From a virus (Duplodnaviria; Caudoviricetes): 27,491 nucleotides of DNA. Location: positions 1-27,491 of the IMG/VR virus record IMGVR_UViG_3300027756_001482. The stretch is one strand, 5' to 3'. The first letter of the stretch is position 1, and the number at the start of each line of letters is the position of its first letter. The translations under genes and the position numbers were made by a program. Of this stretch, positions 25,337 to 27,491 are shown piece by piece. The notes under the pieces are model-generated. The model was not told where the DNA came from. It was given only the letters and a program-made list of their open reading frames with translations, and ran no database searches.

Positions 25337-25774
25337 TTATTGGCACCAGGATGTTTTGGCTTCGCCGTAGTATTCTCTGGCATGGCCATTGGCAATCAAC
25401 AGGCCACGCAGGCTCTGTCCGTTGAGTATGACATCACCCAGCACACGGCCGCCATACTTGTCCCAGTCCATGATCACAATCTGACGCTGTGTGGCCTGTG
25501 CAACGGCTTGTTTGGTAAATGCTGACGCAGCTTCTCCACGCTGTGCTTCACTAGCACAGGCAGCACGATGTCCTTTTTCAGGAGTGTCCACACCAAACAC
25601 TCTGATGCTGAGTTCTTTTTTTAGCGGATCTGGCAAGAACGGTGCATGGAATGCCACTGTGTCACCGTCTATCACCCTAGTGATCTGTGCGTCATAGGGC
25701 ACGCCTGGTTTTTGTTTGGGTTGTGCTAGGACCAAGCATGGTACAATGAGTAAGAGTAAGAAGAGTTTTTTCAT
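25337..25774 (-). CDS. thermonuclease (SNase family) with Sec signal peptide
   Basis: MKKLFLLLLIVPCLVLA signal; RVIDGDT, IRVFGVDTPE, DKYGGRVLG, LIANGHA. Confidence 0.9.
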   Translation of the reverse strand: MKKLFLLLLIVPCLVLAQPKQKPGVPYDAQITRVIDGDTVAFHAPFLPDPLKKELSIRVFGVDTPEKGHRAACASEAQRGEAASAFTKQAVAQATQRQIVIMDWDKYGGRVLGDVILNGQSLRGLLIANGHAREYYGEAKTSWCQ

Positions 25775-25780
25775 ATAATA

Positions 25781-26059
25781 TTAAGTGTAGTAAACGATTT
25801 CACCTGTGGTGGGATTGTAGGCCAATTGGAAAAATCCTGCAGGCAATCCTGCATTGCCGCCATTGCCGATACCGGCAGCAATCTGTGTCAATGCACCTGA
25901 GCTGTTGCCTATGTACAATTGATCAGTGGTTTGATCAACCACCAGTTCGCCCGGTCTAGCATTGCCATTGTAATTGGCTAATGTGACTTGTGCATTGTCT
26001 TTCATCACAGCACGACTTATGCCAGTGATGTCGTCGTATGGTGGGGGTGGATTGGCCAT
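25781..26059 (-). CDS. small probable virion protein (92 aa)
   Basis: GELVVDQTTDQLYIG resembles the N-terminal attachment motif of phage fibre proteins. Confidence 0.6.
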   Translation of the reverse strand: MANPPPPYDDITGISRAVMKDNAQVTLANYNGNARPGELVVDQTTDQLYIGNSSGALTQIAAGIGNGGNAGLPAGFFQLAYNPTTGEIVYYT

Positions 26060-26445
26060 TATCTAGGGTAACCAGCAAATGCCCGCACAGGACTTTGTTT
26101 CTGTACAGACGTAGGTTCTAGACTGTTCGGCGAACTGACTTGTACTTTTTTAGCAGGCAAGCCGGCCATTTTCAATGCATGATCAATTGCTGGACCAACT
26201 GAGGCATTGAATCCAGCAATCACTGCATCTTCTCCAAAGGCTGCTTCGGCTGACCAGGCAGGTAACTTGTCAGTGATGCCATCTGTTCCTGCGTCACTTC
26301 TAGCACGGGCTATGGCCACACCCAGTCGATATATTTGGTACGGATCGCTAGAGCTCACGCCAGGCAACACAAACACATAATTCATGGGATCAGCTTGCTC
26401 AGGAGGCAGCGTTGCTTGTTCATTGAGGAATTCGCGGGCTCTCAT
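26059..26445 (-). CDS. putative internal head protein, paralog B (128 aa)
   Basis: MRAREFLNE...SPVRAFAGYPR; paralog of 26442-26813. Confidence 0.7.
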   Translation of the reverse strand: MRAREFLNEQATLPPEQADPMNYVFVLPGVSSSDPYQIYRLGVAIARARSDAGTDGITDKLPAWSAEAAFGEDAVIAGFNASVGPAIDHALKMAGLPAKKVQVSSPNSLEPTSVQKQSPVRAFAGYPR

Positions 26446-26813
26446 CTGGGATACCCTGCAAATGCTTTGATCGGACTGGCAGTGTGTACAGCAGGATGTT
26501 CGTCACTGTTGGTGTCGCCGTGATTTAGATCATGAAATTCGCTGCCAATGGCCTGGTACGCTTTGGCTAGCATGTTATGTTCTTCTTCGGTGTAAGGTGC
26601 TGCCACATTGTGACGGCCAACCCAGGATTCTGCATCAACATCAGGAACAAAGGTACCGTCAGTTGACGCCACAGCCATCATCACGCGATTGAGTTCGTAC
26701 ACACGGTCATACCCTGCTACGTCTTTGAAGGTATGTAGTCCCACAGTGGCATATCTATTGCGCTTGGTGATTTTGCCAACCTTGTCTTCAGTCACAAACT
26801 CAGTGGCTCTCAT
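26442..26813 (-). CDS. putative internal head protein, paralog A (123 aa)
   Basis: MRATEFVTE...SPIKAFAGYPR; ATGA-coupled to paralog B. Confidence 0.7.
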   Translation of the reverse strand: MRATEFVTEDKVGKITKRNRYATVGLHTFKDVAGYDRVYELNRVMMAVASTDGTFVPDVDAESWVGRHNVAAPYTEEEHNMLAKAYQAIGSEFHDLNHGDTNSDEHPAVHTASPIKAFAGYPR

Positions 26814-26815
26814 GA

Positions 26816-27142
26816 TCAGGTTGAAGTTGATCCGTAAACGCCGGACGTTGCAGATGAATCTGTGCCCAGTGCCATGGCAGTAAATCCAGTGCCTGTCACA
26901 ATGTTTAGATAGTTTCCAGACCCAACATAATATTCTTGCACTGAATTACCAGGCACCACAATGGCGTTGGCGTACACATTGCCTGTGGGCATGCTGGTGT
27001 TGGCTGGATTGCCATTGGACAGTTGATAAGTTGTTTGAGTCAAACTAACTTGAAAAGTCACATTGGCATTGGTAGTAGCAATTTGTACTTTGTCTGTGGT
27101 CCAGGCCACATTGCTCACTGCATTGACCACTTGAACAGCCAT
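26816..27142 (-). CDS. small probable virion structural protein (108 aa)
   Basis: Thr/Ser/Asn/Gly/Val-rich, nearly uncharged, beta-prone; in the structural gene run. Confidence 0.65.
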   Translation of the reverse strand: MAVQVVNAVSNVAWTTDKVQIATTNANVTFQVSLTQTTYQLSNGNPANTSMPTGNVYANAIVVPGNSVQEYYVGSGNYLNIVTGTGFTAMALGTDSSATSGVYGSTST

Positions 27143-27330
27143 TATTTGCCACCTTCAGGTTTGGAGACTACGGGTTGAAACAGTTCTCGTGCTTGATACA
27201 TCACACCTGGAATTTCCACAGGTGTTTGTTTTACTGACGGCACAGCAGGTGGCACATAATTGTTGGCATTGCGCTGAGAAATTTCTGCTGCCACTTCACT
27301 GTAGGGTCTCATCATGTTGTTTGAACTCAT
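27142..27330 (-). CDS. hypothetical protein (62 aa, MSSNNMMRPYSE...)
   Basis: Start moved to ATG 27330, 4 nt after the upstream stop, with SD AAGGA. Confidence 0.7.
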   Translation of the reverse strand: MSSNNMMRPYSEVAAEISQRNANNYVPPAVPSVKQTPVEIPGVMYQARELFQPVVSKPEGGK

Positions 27331-27334
27331 GTCT

Positions 27335-27490
27335 TTATCCTTTGTATGCTTGCCATTGGTTGGTGAGAGCAAAAATGCTTTCATCAATGTCTTTTTTCTT
27401 GATTGCGTTGGTTCCAGGAATTTTTTCTCCAACTTTGATGTCATCGTCGGCTAGTCCCTTGGTAAACAAATTACCTTCTTCGGTCTTTTG
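27335..27490 (-). CDS. C-terminal end of a gene entering from the right edge (partial)
   Basis: Manual translation ...QKTEEGNLFTKGLADDDIKVGEKIPGTNAIKKKDIDESIFALTNQWQAYKG*. Confidence 0.7.
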   Translation of the reverse strand, partial: QKTEEGNLFTKGLADDDIKVGEKIPGTNAIKKKDIDESIFALTNQWQAYKG

Positions 27491-27491
27491 T

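Overview
This window is a 27.5 kb segment of a large, lytic, T4-superfamily-like tailed phage genome in the standard genetic code, with most genes on the minus strand. Core genes are the terminase large subunit, gp32-like SSB, UvsX/RecA, UvsY, an AAA+ ATPase (partial) and probable head/scaffold proteins. About 20 accessory enzymes are interleaved with them: three GT-A/GT8-type glycosyltransferases, four KpsC/KpsS-like (Capsule_synth) paralogs, a cytidylyltransferase-cupin fusion, four SAM methyltransferases, three N-terminal-twitch radical SAM enzymes, two SGNH-like proteins, a 2OG-Fe(II) oxygenase, and a GT10-like and a sulfotransferase-like ORF. Two promoter classes can be read from the sequence. 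One is consensus sigma70-like early promoters, four of them as repeated cassettes at the left end. The other is T4-late-like TAAATA boxes a few nt before start codons. The glycan/radical SAM genes mostly follow the late-type motif, suggesting a phage-encoded virion or host-surface glyco-modification pathway. Two tandem paralogs carry a T4 CTS-like N-terminus and an identical C-terminal AFAGYPR tag. I saw no tRNA, rRNA, CRISPR array, integrase or intein. All family calls come from motifs read by eye; no database searches were run.
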